Positions 12,734 to 23,205 are shown, numbered from the stretch's first letter. The stretch is 38,305 nt of DNA from Octopus bimaculoides (GCF_001194135.2 NC_068994.1:35508187-35546491), one strand, 5' to 3'. The notes: generated by a model not told the origin, from the letters alone. A program made the numbers and translations.

Positions 12734-12830
<97 letters not shown>
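12690..12830. repeat. Long (TA)n microsatellite running into a 666-N gap
   Basis: Read directly. Confidence 0.95.
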
Positions 12831-13496
12831 NNNNNNNNNNNNNNNNNNNNNNNNNNNNNNNNNNNNNNNNNNNNNNNNNNNNNNNNNNNNNNNNNNNNNN
12901 NNNNNNNNNNNNNNNNNNNNNNNNNNNNNNNNNNNNNNNNNNNNNNNNNNNNNNNNNNNNNNNNNNNNNNNNNNNNNNNNNNNNNNNNNNNNNNNNNNNN
13001 NNNNNNNNNNNNNNNNNNNNNNNNNNNNNNNNNNNNNNNNNNNNNNNNNNNNNNNNNNNNNNNNNNNNNNNNNNNNNNNNNNNNNNNNNNNNNNNNNNNN
13101 NNNNNNNNNNNNNNNNNNNNNNNNNNNNNNNNNNNNNNNNNNNNNNNNNNNNNNNNNNNNNNNNNNNNNNNNNNNNNNNNNNNNNNNNNNNNNNNNNNNN
13201 NNNNNNNNNNNNNNNNNNNNNNNNNNNNNNNNNNNNNNNNNNNNNNNNNNNNNNNNNNNNNNNNNNNNNNNNNNNNNNNNNNNNNNNNNNNNNNNNNNNN
13301 NNNNNNNNNNNNNNNNNNNNNNNNNNNNNNNNNNNNNNNNNNNNNNNNNNNNNNNNNNNNNNNNNNNNNNNNNNNNNNNNNNNNNNNNNNNNNNNNNNNN
13401 NNNNNNNNNNNNNNNNNNNNNNNNNNNNNNNNNNNNNNNNNNNNNNNNNNNNNNNNNNNNNNNNNNNNNNNNNNNNNNNNNNNNNNNNNNNNNNNN

Positions 13497-13541
<45 letters not shown>

Positions 13542-13645
13542 TACGTATATGTGCGCACATACACACATACATGCTCACATAGATGTTGATATGTAAATTT
13601 GGTTGATACCTTTCATTTGCGGCATTTTTCTTCACAATCCATTAA

Positions 13646-13866
13646 TAATCTTTTCTACTATGAGTATTATGCCTGAAATTTTGAAGGAGAGATAAGTCAG
13701 TTATGTTGATCCCTAGTACTCAACTGGTACTTATTTTATTGACTCCAAGAGCATGAAAGATAAAGTCAGCCACAGTGGAATTTGAACTCAGAATGTAATG
13801 AATCAGAAAAAGTGCCTCTAAACATCTTTGCTAGATGTGCCAATGATTTTGCCAGCTTGCTGCCTC
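13646..13866 (-). mobile_element. SINE family B
   Basis: ATAATCTTTTCTACTATG...ACTCAACTGGTACTTATTTTATTGAC...GGAATTTGAACTCAGAATGTAA...TTGCCAGCTTGCTGCCT. Confidence 0.85.
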
Positions 13867-13919
13867 AATAAATGAATAAATAATAATGATAATAGATGGC
13901 ATGCACTGCTCTCTCACTC

Positions 13920-13957
<38 letters not shown>

Positions 13958-14106
13958 AGACATTCAAGGAATTAATAGATGTTTCAACCAGGAATGTAAC
14001 GGAAGCAAATCTAAATATCTTGTCCTTGTTGACTGGATAATGGAAATGATTATGATGATGATGACGATGACGACGACGATAGTTATAATAAGAAAATAAT
14101 AATAAT

Positions 14107-14801
14107 AAGACTTTCTACTGGATTTGAAATTTGTGGGGGAGGGATCTTTATGATTACATTGACCTCAGTTGTGTAACTGGTACTTATTTCAATTGACCCA
14201 AAGAGGATGAAAGGCAAAGTCGACCTTGAGAGAATTCGAACTCAGTGTAAAGACAGAGGAAACACTGCTACGCATTTTGTCTGGCATGCTGACTATTCTG
14301 TCAGCTTGCTTCCTTAATAATCCTTTCTACCATAGGCACAAGACCTGAAATTTAGGGGAGGGGTACTTAATCTAGCGACCGCAAAAGGATGAAACGCAAA
14401 GTTGACCTCAACAGAATTTGAACTCAGAACATAAAGATGGATGAAATGCTGTTAAGCATTTCACCCAGCGTGCTAATGATATTGCCAGCTCACCACCTTT
14501 TGCTGCCTTAGTAATAATAATGGTTTCAAATTCTGACTCAAGGCCAGCAATTTCAGAGGAAGGCGGGCTAAGTTGATTACATTCACCCTAGTACTCAACT
14601 GGTATTTATTTTATTAACCCTAAAATGATGAAAGGCAAAGCTGACCTTAGTCAAATTTGAATTCAGAACATAGACAGATGAAATGCCGCTAGGCATTTTG
14701 CCTGGTGTGCTAATGATACTACCAGCTTGCCGCTTTGGTTTCAAATTTTGGCACTATGCCAGCAATTTTAGAGGTTAACAATTCTGTCAGCTTGCTCCCT
14801 T
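14107..14801 (-). mobile_element. Head-to-tail array of SINE family B copies (about 14107-14315, 14316-14500, 14520-14735, partial 14736-14801) separated by (AAT)n
   Basis: Repeated GATGAAAGGCAAAG...GAATTTGAACTCAG...GCCAGCT blocks with TAATAAT spacers. Confidence 0.85.
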
Positions 14802-14843
14802 AATAATAATAATAATAATAATGATGATGGTAATAATAATGAC

Positions 14844-14876
<33 letters not shown>

Positions 14877-14877
<1 letters not shown>

Positions 14878-14954
14878 CACAGCACATACCCAAGGCACAC
14901 AGAGCTGCGCTCGGTAGTGAAATGAAAGCATGTTATAAAAATAAAACTACTGAA
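14877..14954 (+). mobile_element. Short insert between two (AAT)n tracts, possibly the extreme 3' end of a second TAA-targeting LINE
   Basis: Non-repetitive 78 bp (CACAGCACATACCCAAGG...AATAAAACTACTGAAT) flanked on both sides by (AAT)n; family identity is inference. Confidence 0.35.
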
Positions 14955-14971
14955 TGATAATAATAATAGTG

Positions 14972-15311
14972 AAGGTGCATGACTCAGTGGTTAGAGCGTC
15001 GCGCTTTCAATCATAGGGTAATGAGTTCGATTCCTCGACTGGGCTGTATGTTGTGTTCTTGAGCAAGACACTTTATTTCCCGCTGCTCCACTTCACTCAA
15101 CTGTAGAAACAAGTTACAACGTCACTGGTGCCAAGCTGTATCAGCCTTTGCCTTTCCCTTGGATAACATTGGTGGCATGGAGAGAGGAGGCTGGTATGCA
15201 TGGATGACTGCTAGTCTTCCATAAACAATCTTGCTTGGACTTGTGCCTTGGAGGGGAACTAACTATCTAGATACAATCCCATGGTCATTCATGACCGATG
15301 GGGGTCTTTAT

Positions 15312-15313
<2 letters not shown>
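14972..15313 (+). mobile_element. tRNA/CORE-type SINE, working family C (duplicated 3' fragment at 15361-15432)
   Basis: A box TGACTCAGTGGTTAG, B box GAGTTCGATTCC, CORE-like GTTGTGTTCTTGAGCAAGACACTTTA. Confidence 0.75.
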
Positions 15314-15349
<36 letters not shown>

Positions 15350-15426
15350 GTCTTTAGAATCTAGACTTGTGCCTCAGAGGGGAACTTTCTAAGTGCAAAC
15401 TTATGGTCATGCATGATCGAAGGGGT

Positions 15427-15510
15427 ATCCTCTTTTTAATAATAGTAATAGTAATAATGATAATAATAATAATAATAATAATTATTATTATTATTATGAT
15501 GATGATGATA
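15427..15510. repeat. (AAT)n joined directly to (ATT)n then (GAT)n
   Basis: Read directly. Confidence 0.9.
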
Positions 15511-15549
15511 TTTCCTTCAGTTTTTTTTTGTCTATTTTTTTTTCTAATT

Positions 15550-15740
15550 TGGTTTCAAATTTTGGCATAAGGCTAGCAGTTTTTGAGGTGGTTGGTGAGT
15601 AAGTCAAGTTACATTGACCATAGTACATGACTGGTACTTATATTACTGACTTCAAAATAATGAAAGGCAAGGCAGATTTGAACCCGGGACATAAAACCGA
15701 AAGAAATGCAGCTAAGCATTTTGTCCATCATGCAATCAAC
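15550..15740 (-). mobile_element. SINE family B with the TTTGAAACCA-type 3' end
   Basis: TGGTTTCAAATTTTGGCATAAGG...GACTGGTACTTATATT...TGAAAGGCAAGG...ATTTGAACCCGGGAC. Confidence 0.75.
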
Positions 15741-15855
15741 GTTGATAATGATGATAACAATAACAATAATAAAAAATAACAATAATTGTTGAAATATATT
15801 ATATGGTGTTGCAATTCCCCATAACATATGTTTATACATGTATACATATGTATAC

Positions 15856-15897
<42 letters not shown>

Positions 15898-16420
15898 CTA
15901 TCCCAGATGGCAGCAAGCATTTTACTATTTACCCTTTTCTGATTATGATTTAAAGAAGTAATGGGAGCTCTTAAACTCCCTATTTGCTTATTAATTTAGG
16001 CCCTTTAGTTTCCTAACATATGGATGACATTTAGCTGGATATATATCCAAAAGGTTACATTACTAAAAGATTAAAAAAAAAAGAAACAGAAAGGAAAAAA
16101 CAAAATCATGGCAAAAATTTGTGAATTCCAGTGAAATATCTCATTTCTTATTTCTTATATTTGTTTCTCTTCTATCTTTTCTTTGTCTGTCTGTTTGTCT
16201 ATCCAGATATCCTCTTATCTAATCATCTGTCTATCTGCTAATATAACAAGGTAGTCATATAGCTGTATGACTGTCAGCCTGCCTGTCCTGCCTGCCTGTC
16301 TGATAGTCAGCCCATCTGTGTTCCTGCCTATCTATTATTTACCTGCTTACCTATGTGTTCATATATATGCGAGTGTGTGTTTCTTATGCATGCACACAAT
16401 ACACACACATATACACACAA

Positions 16421-16455
<35 letters not shown>

Positions 16456-16467
16456 AATTGATTTAAA

Positions 16468-16578
16468 TGTCAGAATATATCATATTATGTTTGGTTATGT
16501 CTCTTTACATTCTGAGTTCAAATCCTGCCCAGGTTCACTTAGCTATTCATCCTCTCTTTAGGGGTTGATAAAATAACA
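16468..16578 (+). mobile_element. SINE family B 5' half, ending next to the RTE derivative
   Basis: CTTTACATTCTGAGTTCAAATCCTGCCCAGG...TCATCC...GGGGTTGATAAAATAA. Confidence 0.7.
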
Positions 16579-16599
16579 AAGGGGAGGCCAATATTAGCA

Positions 16600-17270
16600 A
16601 CTGTGCTCTAGAAGTCATCCCTGACTGATTCAGTTTGGGTGCAACCATGACCTGAACTCACTCCCTCATGCACCCCAATACACCAGCCACTGTTCCACAG
16701 TCAAGTTGCCATCTCTTTCTGCTTTTCTTTCTGCTACTACAGTGGCCTCTGCTTTTCTGAACTACTTGGACCTTAGTTGCCTCCTCTCAGACTCTCTTGT
16801 GTTTCTCAGCTGTCCCCATTCATCATTGCCCATATTGTGTTCACCAGTGCCTATGCTAACAATGTTTATGTCAAGCCAGTCCATTCTCTTCAGGATTTTG
16901 ACTAGTAGCATAACTAGAGTGTATGTGCCACCTGGGGTGGCCCTTGAGTTTGCTTCTGGGATCTTGCATACATGTATAGCATTGGTCAACTGTTTCATGA
17001 ATGCAATCTTCTTGGTGTAGCATCACTGAACTGCTTTGAATGCTGTGATTAAACTGACACTGTTGGAGTGACCATAATTGAGAGCAATAGTCCAGACAGC
17101 TGAGGAAACAAATGTCCTCCAGAGGACCAGCTTAGTTTCCTGGTTCCTACACAAGTTTATACAGGTGACCCAAAAATGCCACACTCATAAAAGCATCACC
17201 CCAGACAGAGTGCCCTCCCTCTTACTCCAACCTCCCAGTTATGATTTGCAACAGTTCCAGTTACAGATAA
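16600..17270 (-). mobile_element. Bipartite non-autonomous RTE (BovB-like) derivative, strongly decayed
   Basis: Minus strand: UTR-like GGAGGGCACTCTGTCTGGGG...GGAGGACATTTGTTTCCTCAGCTGTCTGG, then a C-terminal remnant (KILKRMDWLDINI...ESERRQ...AERDGNLTVEQW...RSWLHP, decayed zinc finger) and end CCAAACTGAATCAGTCAGGGATGAC. Confidence 0.55.
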
Positions 17271-17656
17271 ACTAAGACCTGTGAACTTTCTGAATGGCAA
17301 ACCAATGAAATTTTACAAGGAATATTTTAGTAGTGTAACCTGCCTGATGAAGAGCTGAGCCTCATGCAACCCTTTTGCTGAGAAAGGTGGTCCATGTCAG
17401 GTTTAAGTGGAACAGATATGATATTGATCTCACAGATCGCAGAAGTTTGTAAAGGCCATGGGCACTATCCCCCTTTTTCCAGTAAAAGAAAGAAAAAAAG
17501 TTCCAGTGACTAAAGCGTGTGAAAAGAATAAAATAATATATATTTAGATCTATGTATCTTTTTATTAATATTACTCATTCCATGAATGTATGTATGTGTG
17601 TGAGTATTGATATATATATATATATATATATATATTATTTATATATATGTATATAT

Positions 17657-17689
<33 letters not shown>

Positions 17690-17692
<3 letters not shown>

Positions 17693-17890
17693 ACACATAT
17701 ATATATACATGTATATTTTAACAATTTATTGCTACCTCCATATTTATCTATCCCTCATTCTATCTATTTATTTCCGTCTACTTACCTATCTATCTATCTG
17801 TCTGTCTACCTATCCATCCATCTATCTGCCTGCCTGCCTGCCTCTCTGTCTAGTTGTCTGTCTATCTCCATCTACATACATCTATAATTA
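17690..17890. repeat. Compound (TATC)/(CTGT)/(CCTG) tetranucleotide tract following (TA)n/(CA)n at 17607-17700
   Basis: Read directly. Confidence 0.8.
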
Positions 17891-18283
17891 CAATAGAATC
17901 CAAGGAAACCAGTCATGCTCCACATCAGATAAAAAGTAATACAAGTAATTCCAACAGTGTAATAATCCCAAATTATTTATTCAATACCAATTGACATTTT
18001 GTTTTTCTCTTTGACAAATGGTTCTGCTTGAAATGTAAGAATTCTATTCTTTCTTGTTGCCTCTATTTCAGCTATATATACAGATAGATATATATAGAAG
18101 TAAGAACCTAAATCCTTGAAAGGGATGTTAAACATCCAAGTTCGTCAGTTCAATCCAGAGTAAAGCGACAAAAATATTTTGACAAATTAACTTTATATGT
18201 TGAAGTGAATCTAACGGTTCTTGTGTGTTTTTAAATGGCTTATAAACACTTTCCATGCTGCAGTTGTTTGTGTGTATATATAT

Positions 18284-18675
18284 GCGCAGGAGTAGCAGTG
18301 TGGTAAGAAGCTTGCTTCCACATGGTTCTAGGTTCAGTCCCATTGCGTAGCACCTTGGGCAAGTATTTTCTGTTATAGCCTTAGACTGACAAAAGCCTTG
18401 TGAATGGATTTGGTAGACAAAAACTGAAAGAAGCCTATCGTATATATCTATGTGTGTCTTTGTGTCTGTGTTTTTACTGCCATCACTTCTTGACAACTGG
18501 TGTTGGTGTTTTTACATCCTGATAATATAGCAACTCAGTAAAAAAGACTCATAGAATAAGTACCAGGCTTAAAGATAAGTCAACTGGGGTGAATTCATTT
18601 GATTAAAAAATTCAAGGTGGTGCTCCAGCATGAATGCAGTCAAAATGACTGAAACAAGTAAATGTGTAAAAGAAT
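18284..18675 (+). mobile_element. SINE family A, full-length
   Basis: GCGCAGGAGTAGCAGTGTGGTAAGAAG head, CCTTGGGCAAGT CORE-like motif, 3' GACTGAAACAAGTAA. Confidence 0.9.
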
Positions 18676-18676
18676 A

Positions 18677-18708
<32 letters not shown>

Positions 18709-18916
18709 NNNNNNNNNNNNNNNNNNNNNNNNNNNNNNNNNNNNNNNNNNNNNNNNNNNNNNNNNNNNNNNNNNNNNNNNNNNNNNNNNNNNNNNNNNNN
18801 NNNNNNNNNNNNNNNNNNNNNNNNNNNNNNNNNNNNNNNNNNNNNNNNNNNNNNNNNNTATATTATAGCAAGGCAACACCAACATCCTCTCAACGATTAG
18901 CCAGAGGTGAGTTTTG

Positions 18917-18990
18917 AAATGAGAATATCTGAAATGAACTCAACTGCTCTCACAAATGAGAATGCTGAAAATGAACTCGACTGCTCTCAA
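18917..18990. repeat. Two-copy 37-bp tandem repeat
   Basis: AAATGAGAATATCTGAAATGAACTCAACTGCTCTCAC / AAATGAGAATGCTGAAAATGAACTCGACTGCTCTCAA. Confidence 0.9.
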
Positions 18991-19009
18991 AAATTAAGTA
19001 AAAAAAACA

Positions 19010-19430
19010 CAAAAATAATCCAGAATCCTTGTCTGGTACCTGATCGATCTCAGTGCTAGTCATGAAATGTGAAGGTGGCTGTAGAGAATTTAGTCACAGT
19101 AATAAATAGTTTATCCTTATCTAATACAAGCCAAAGTTAACAAATTCGCCATTCAAAATAGTTACAGCCTAAAGGGAGATAATTGAGATAGACTTGAAAG
19201 TTAACATAAGATCGCAATCATGTAAAGTAAAGTAAATATAACTAATAATCTAGAATCTTTGTCCTGTTATGGATCAATGGCAAAATCTAATCAGTTCGTG
19301 CCAGTCACAAGGCCAAACATCTCTGAAAGTTGTACCCAAATCCATCCAGCAGTTCTTGAGATATCTTGTCCACGGACAAACGAACACAACTGAAAACACA
19401 TTCGCTAAGGCATTCGCTAAGGCAGAGGTA
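19010..19430 (+). mobile_element. Probable non-autonomous rolling-circle (Helentron/HINE-like) element end
   Basis: Duplicated ATAATCYAGAATCYTTGTC block, AATCCATCCAGCAGTTCTTGAGATATC motif and terminal hairpin remnant TTCGCTAAGGCAGAGGTA; class assignment from remembered architecture only. Confidence 0.4.
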
Positions 19431-19649
19431 GTAAAGGAATTGATTTAAAACTGGAAACAATGGCAAGAGGAGGAGAAAGGAGGAGGAGGGGGCAGGAGAA
19501 AAAAAGGAGGTGGAGGAGGAGCAGCAGTGGAAGAACAGCAGCAACAACAATTACTATGACAACAATAATACATTAAAACAAAACAAAAAATATCTAACTT
19601 CATTTATTGAATATTAGAATTAAATTAAAACTTTTGCAATGAGGTTCTT

Positions 19650-19656
19650 TCAGAAG

Positions 19657-19688
<32 letters not shown>

Positions 19689-19977
19689 GTGAGTGTGTAT
19701 GTGCATGTGTATGTGTGTGTGTGTTGCAAAGAGTGACTGAGAGGTGTGTGCGTGTTTGTGTATATATATGTACTTGTGTATGACTGTGTTTATGAGTGCA
19801 ATTGTGTATGTGTGTGTGCATATGTGCACGAGTATAATAGTGTGTGTGTGTGTGTGTGAAAAGGATGAGAAATGGTAGGAGTTGTAGAAAAGAAGCCGGA
19901 ATGAGTAAATGATATTCATGATTAAGGTGGTCACGGTGTCTTATCTCATTCTTTGTTATCTGCAAATGCATGCACAC

Positions 19978-20032
<55 letters not shown>

Positions 20033-20165
20033 ACACAACCCCACTACACAGATATATATGTACATGTACACACACAAATATATACATACATACACACACA
20101 CATATACATATATACATATATGTATGTATCTGTCTCTATCTATCTATCTATCTATCTATTTGGAT
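19650..20165. repeat. Compound degenerate (TG)n/(CA)n/(TA)n/(TATC)n microsatellite field
   Basis: Read directly. Confidence 0.9.
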
Positions 20166-20167
20166 AT

Positions 20168-20315
20168 ATTCTTTTATTCTTTTACTTGTTTCTGTCATTT
20201 GACAGCAGCCATGTTGGAGCACCACCTTTAGTCGAACAAATCAGCCACAGGATTTAATCTATCAGTCTGTTTTGCCAAACCGCAAAGTTACAGGGACATA
20301 AACACACTGACATCG
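20168..20315 (-). mobile_element. SINE family A 3' part
   Basis: TTTACTTGTTTCTGTCATTTGACAGCAGCCATGTTGGAGCACCACCTTTAGTCGAACAAATC. Confidence 0.85.
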
Positions 20316-20559
20316 GTGTGTGTGTGTGTGTGTGTGTGTGCATCTATCTATTTATTACTTTCTCTCTCTCTCTCTCTCTCTTTATCTATCTATCTATCTA
20401 TTTATCACTCTATCTATCTATATATATTCATACATACGTACACTCACACATAGTCATATAAATATAAATGTATACATAAACACACAAACAAACACTCACA
20501 CAAATAAGAAAAGTGATTGTTTGGACAAACTCTGACATTTTTTGGCATTAATGGAGTCT

Positions 20560-21415
20560 TTAGACCATTGATTACTGTAATTGGGAGTTGAGGTAGGTTA
20601 TGTAGTAGTGGTGGAGGTGGTGGTGTAGTGTATGAGACAGAGGGAGAGGGAAGTGATGGTAAGAGATGGTTATGGTTGAGGAAAGTGAGGGGAGAACAAA
20701 GAGGGAAAGAGGGAGAAAGGGACATTAAGAAAAAGAGAAAGAAAGAAAAACGGAGAGAGAGAGAGGGAAAAAAGACAGTAGAGAGATTGAGAGGTGGTAA
20801 TGGAAGGTGGGGAGAAAGCTGAACATATTAAGAGTCATGGTGAGTGAGAGAGAGAGAGAGAGAGAGAGTGGAGTGAAAGAATTGATAGTGAAGAAGGTGG
20901 TGGTGGTGACAGTGGTAATGGTGGTGAGAGTGTTGGTATTGATAAATGTGGTGTTGGTGATAGTTTAAGCGGTTGTGGTGATTGCAGTGGTAGTGATGGT
21001 TATATAGTAGTGGCGGTGCTGATGGTAGTGGTGGTGGTGATAGTAGAGATGGTTGTGATGATAATGGGGGAAATGATGGAAGTGGTGGTAAAAATGATAA
21101 TGGTGGTATTGTTTGTGGTGATGGTGATGATGATGATAATAGTAGGTGTCATAGTAATGGAAGTAGTAGTAGCAGTGGTGGTGATCATAGTGGAAATAGT
21201 AGTGGTGATTATTATGGTAGAAGTGGTGGTGTTGGCAGTAGCAGTGGTGGTCGTGGTAGTAGAGTTTCCGATTGTAATGTTATTAGTGGTGTTTGTTTAA
21301 TGGAGGGCATTTGTCAGTGTCTATGGTAGAGGTGTTGATGGTTGTAGTAGTAGTGGTAGTAGCAGTAGTGGTGGTTGTGGTAGTAGTGGTGGTGGTGGTG
21401 GTAGTAGTAGTAATA
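20560..21415. repeat. Low-complexity field: purine-rich (GA)n then degenerate (GTG/GTA/GAT)n
   Basis: Strong 3-bp periodicity; gives spurious Val-rich and Thr/Ile-rich ORFs. Confidence 0.9.
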
Positions 21416-21424
21416 TATTGATGT

Positions 21425-21850
21425 TCTTTTCTATTCTATGCACAATGCTTGAAATTTTTTGGGAGGGAGCTAGTTGATTAGATTGACCCCAGTGCACAAC
21501 TGGCACTTAATTTATCTAGGTGTAGGTGTGGCTGTGTCGTTAAAAAGTTTGCTTTCCAACTACATGATTTCAGATTCAGTCCCACTGCATGGCATTTTAG
21601 GCAAGTGCCTTCAATTATAGCCCCAGGGCGACCAAGGCTTTGCGAGTGAATTTGGTAGATGGAAACTGAAAGAAGTCCATTGTGTGTGTGTGCATGTATG
21701 CATGTGTATATGCATATGTCTTTGTGTGTGTGTGTGTGGGAGGGATATCTTGAGTTCTTGTGATAATTGTAAATGAGTGTCACTGTCATACAAGCAGTGT
21801 CGTTCATTTCCAATGTTCTGCAAGAACATTTCTAACTTTGCCACAACATG
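21425..21850. mobile_element. SINE B 3' fragment (-, about 21425-21515) abutting a SINE A head (+, 21519-21680) that carries an atypical 3' segment (about 21740-21850)
   Basis: GATTGACCCCAGTGCACAACTGGCACTTAATTT then GGTGTAGGTGTGGCTGTGTCG...GATTCAGTCCC...GAATTTGGTAGATGGAAACTGAAAGAAG. Confidence 0.7.
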
Positions 21851-21960
21851 TTGTAAACAAATTTATTTTAGTTTTTGGAAGTGTCGAATGTATTTCGTTT
21901 TAAACAGACAAGAAAGAAATACAGTTCTATATTTAAGAGATGAGGAATTATGTACATTAT

Positions 21961-22233
21961 TTACATTATTGACATTTGACGGATATAGCGGAGTGGTTAA
22001 GAGCGCGGGCTACTAACCCCAAGATACCGAGTTTGATTCCAAGCAGTGACCTGAATAATAATAATAATAATATTAACATCGAAAAATACCTTAGGAATGA
22101 GAATCCAGGTTTGAAATTTCCCCAAATACCTGATGAAGGTTGGAGGGTATATCAGCTGAAACGTTGTGTTAACAACAAACAAGATGAGGACAAATATACG
22201 TCAAATGTAAATAATGTAAGAAAGAAATATTTT
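21961..22233 (+). mobile_element. tRNA-headed short retroelement with a hammerhead-like motif, bounded by a 26-bp inverted repeat
   Basis: A box in GCGGAGTGGTTAAG (about 21988-22001), anticodon-like loop CTACTAA, B box GAGTTTGATTCC (22029-22040), (AAT)n spacer, inverted repeat 21961-21986 vs 22194-22219 (24/26). Confidence 0.75.
22125..22170 (+). ncRNA. Minimal type I hammerhead ribozyme motif (Penelope-type), partly decayed
   Basis: Stem I AATAC/GTGTT, CTGATGA core 22130-22136 plus extra A, stem II GGTTGG/TCAGCT, GAAA 22158-22161, palindromic ACGT stem III, predicted cleavage after U22165. Confidence 0.6.
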
Positions 22234-22384
22234 GGGACAGTCCGATGGCTGTCTGCTGACAACGTTTTCCATCTTGTAAGGGTAAAATATCCAGTCTTTC
22301 ATGGCTATACTGTGTTCAAAATAAATATTACTTTTTTGTCTGTATATTTCTAACTTTGCTTGAAAATAGGTGAGGACTGGAGAT

Positions 22385-22490
22385 ACAAAGGGCATCTCAG
22401 CCTCAGAAGATCTACAGCAATATACTTTTTCCAACCAACGCAAGCATGGAAGAGTGAACATTAAAACAACGATGATGATTATGACGATGA
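22385..22490 (+). mobile_element. Fragment of the RTE-type 3' end with (GAT)n tail
   Basis: CAACCAACGCAAGCATGGAAGAGTGAACATTAAAACAACGATGATGAT resembles 7405-7460. Confidence 0.55.
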
Positions 22491-22798
22491 ACTAACATGT
22501 AGCTACTTATATATGCATACACATATAGATTATTTCATTTATCTTCTACAGGTTTCAGTCATTAGAAACTGACCATGATGGAGCACTGCCTACTTTTTTT
22601 ATATTTCCAGTCGCTTATATAGACCCAAGTACCTTGTTCATTATTTCCCTATGATACAAAATATGTAGTGAATGAAGAGATCAAGAGAGATGACTTAATC
22701 AGGTGTACTACTCCTAGGTAGTTCTGTTCTAAATTACTGGTTCTCATCTTTATGACAATGATGATGATGGTGATAATGATGAAACTTGCACAATTATA

Positions 22799-22970
22799 GG
22801 CGCAGGAGTGGCTGTGTGGTAAGTAGCTTGCTTACCAACCACATGGTTCTGGGTTCATTCCCACTGTGTGGCACCTTGGGCAAGTGTCTTCTACTATAGT
22901 CTCGGGCTGACGAAAACCTGGTGAGTGGATTTGGTAGACGGAAAACTGAAAGAAGCCTGTCGTATATATG

Positions 22971-23005
<35 letters not shown>

Positions 23006-23205
23006 ATGTTTGTGTTTGTCCCCCCAACACCGCTTGACAACCAATGCTGGTGTGTTTACGTCCCCGTAACTTAGTAGTTCGGCAAAAGACACAGATAGAA
23101 TAAGTACTAGACTTCCAAAGAATAAGTCCTGGGGTCGATTTGCTCGACTAAAGGCGGTGCTCCAGCATGGCCACACTCAAATGACTGAAACAAGTAAAAG
23201 AGTAA
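22799..23205 (+). mobile_element. SINE family A, full-length, CpG-retaining copy (used here as reference)
   Basis: A box TGGCTGTGTGGT 22809-22820, B box GGGTTCATTCCC 22851-22862, CORE-like CCTTGGGCAAGTGTC from 22874, central (TA)n(TG)n, AAGAGTAA end. Confidence 0.92.

Noticed and set aside
13646-14801. Repeat-spacer appearance suggesting a CRISPR array
   Set aside because: Units are about 200-bp diverged SINE copies separated by (AAT)n; eukaryotic context and no cas genes
17092-17117. HDV-like ribozyme in the RTE-like 5'UTR (minus strand GGACA...TCCTC...TGTCT-GG)
   Set aside because: Only a 5-bp P1 and an L3-like UCCUC are visible; no convincing P2 or J4/2. Worth retesting only on a family consensus
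17340-17400. Other CTGATGA motifs (also near 1580 and 33395) as hammerheads
   Set aside because: No stem II closed by GAAA and no stem I/III pairing
21978-22050. Functional tRNA gene
   Set aside because: No acceptor-stem 3' strand after the T arm, decayed B box, continues into a SINE body; the same applies to the heads at 14972 and 22799
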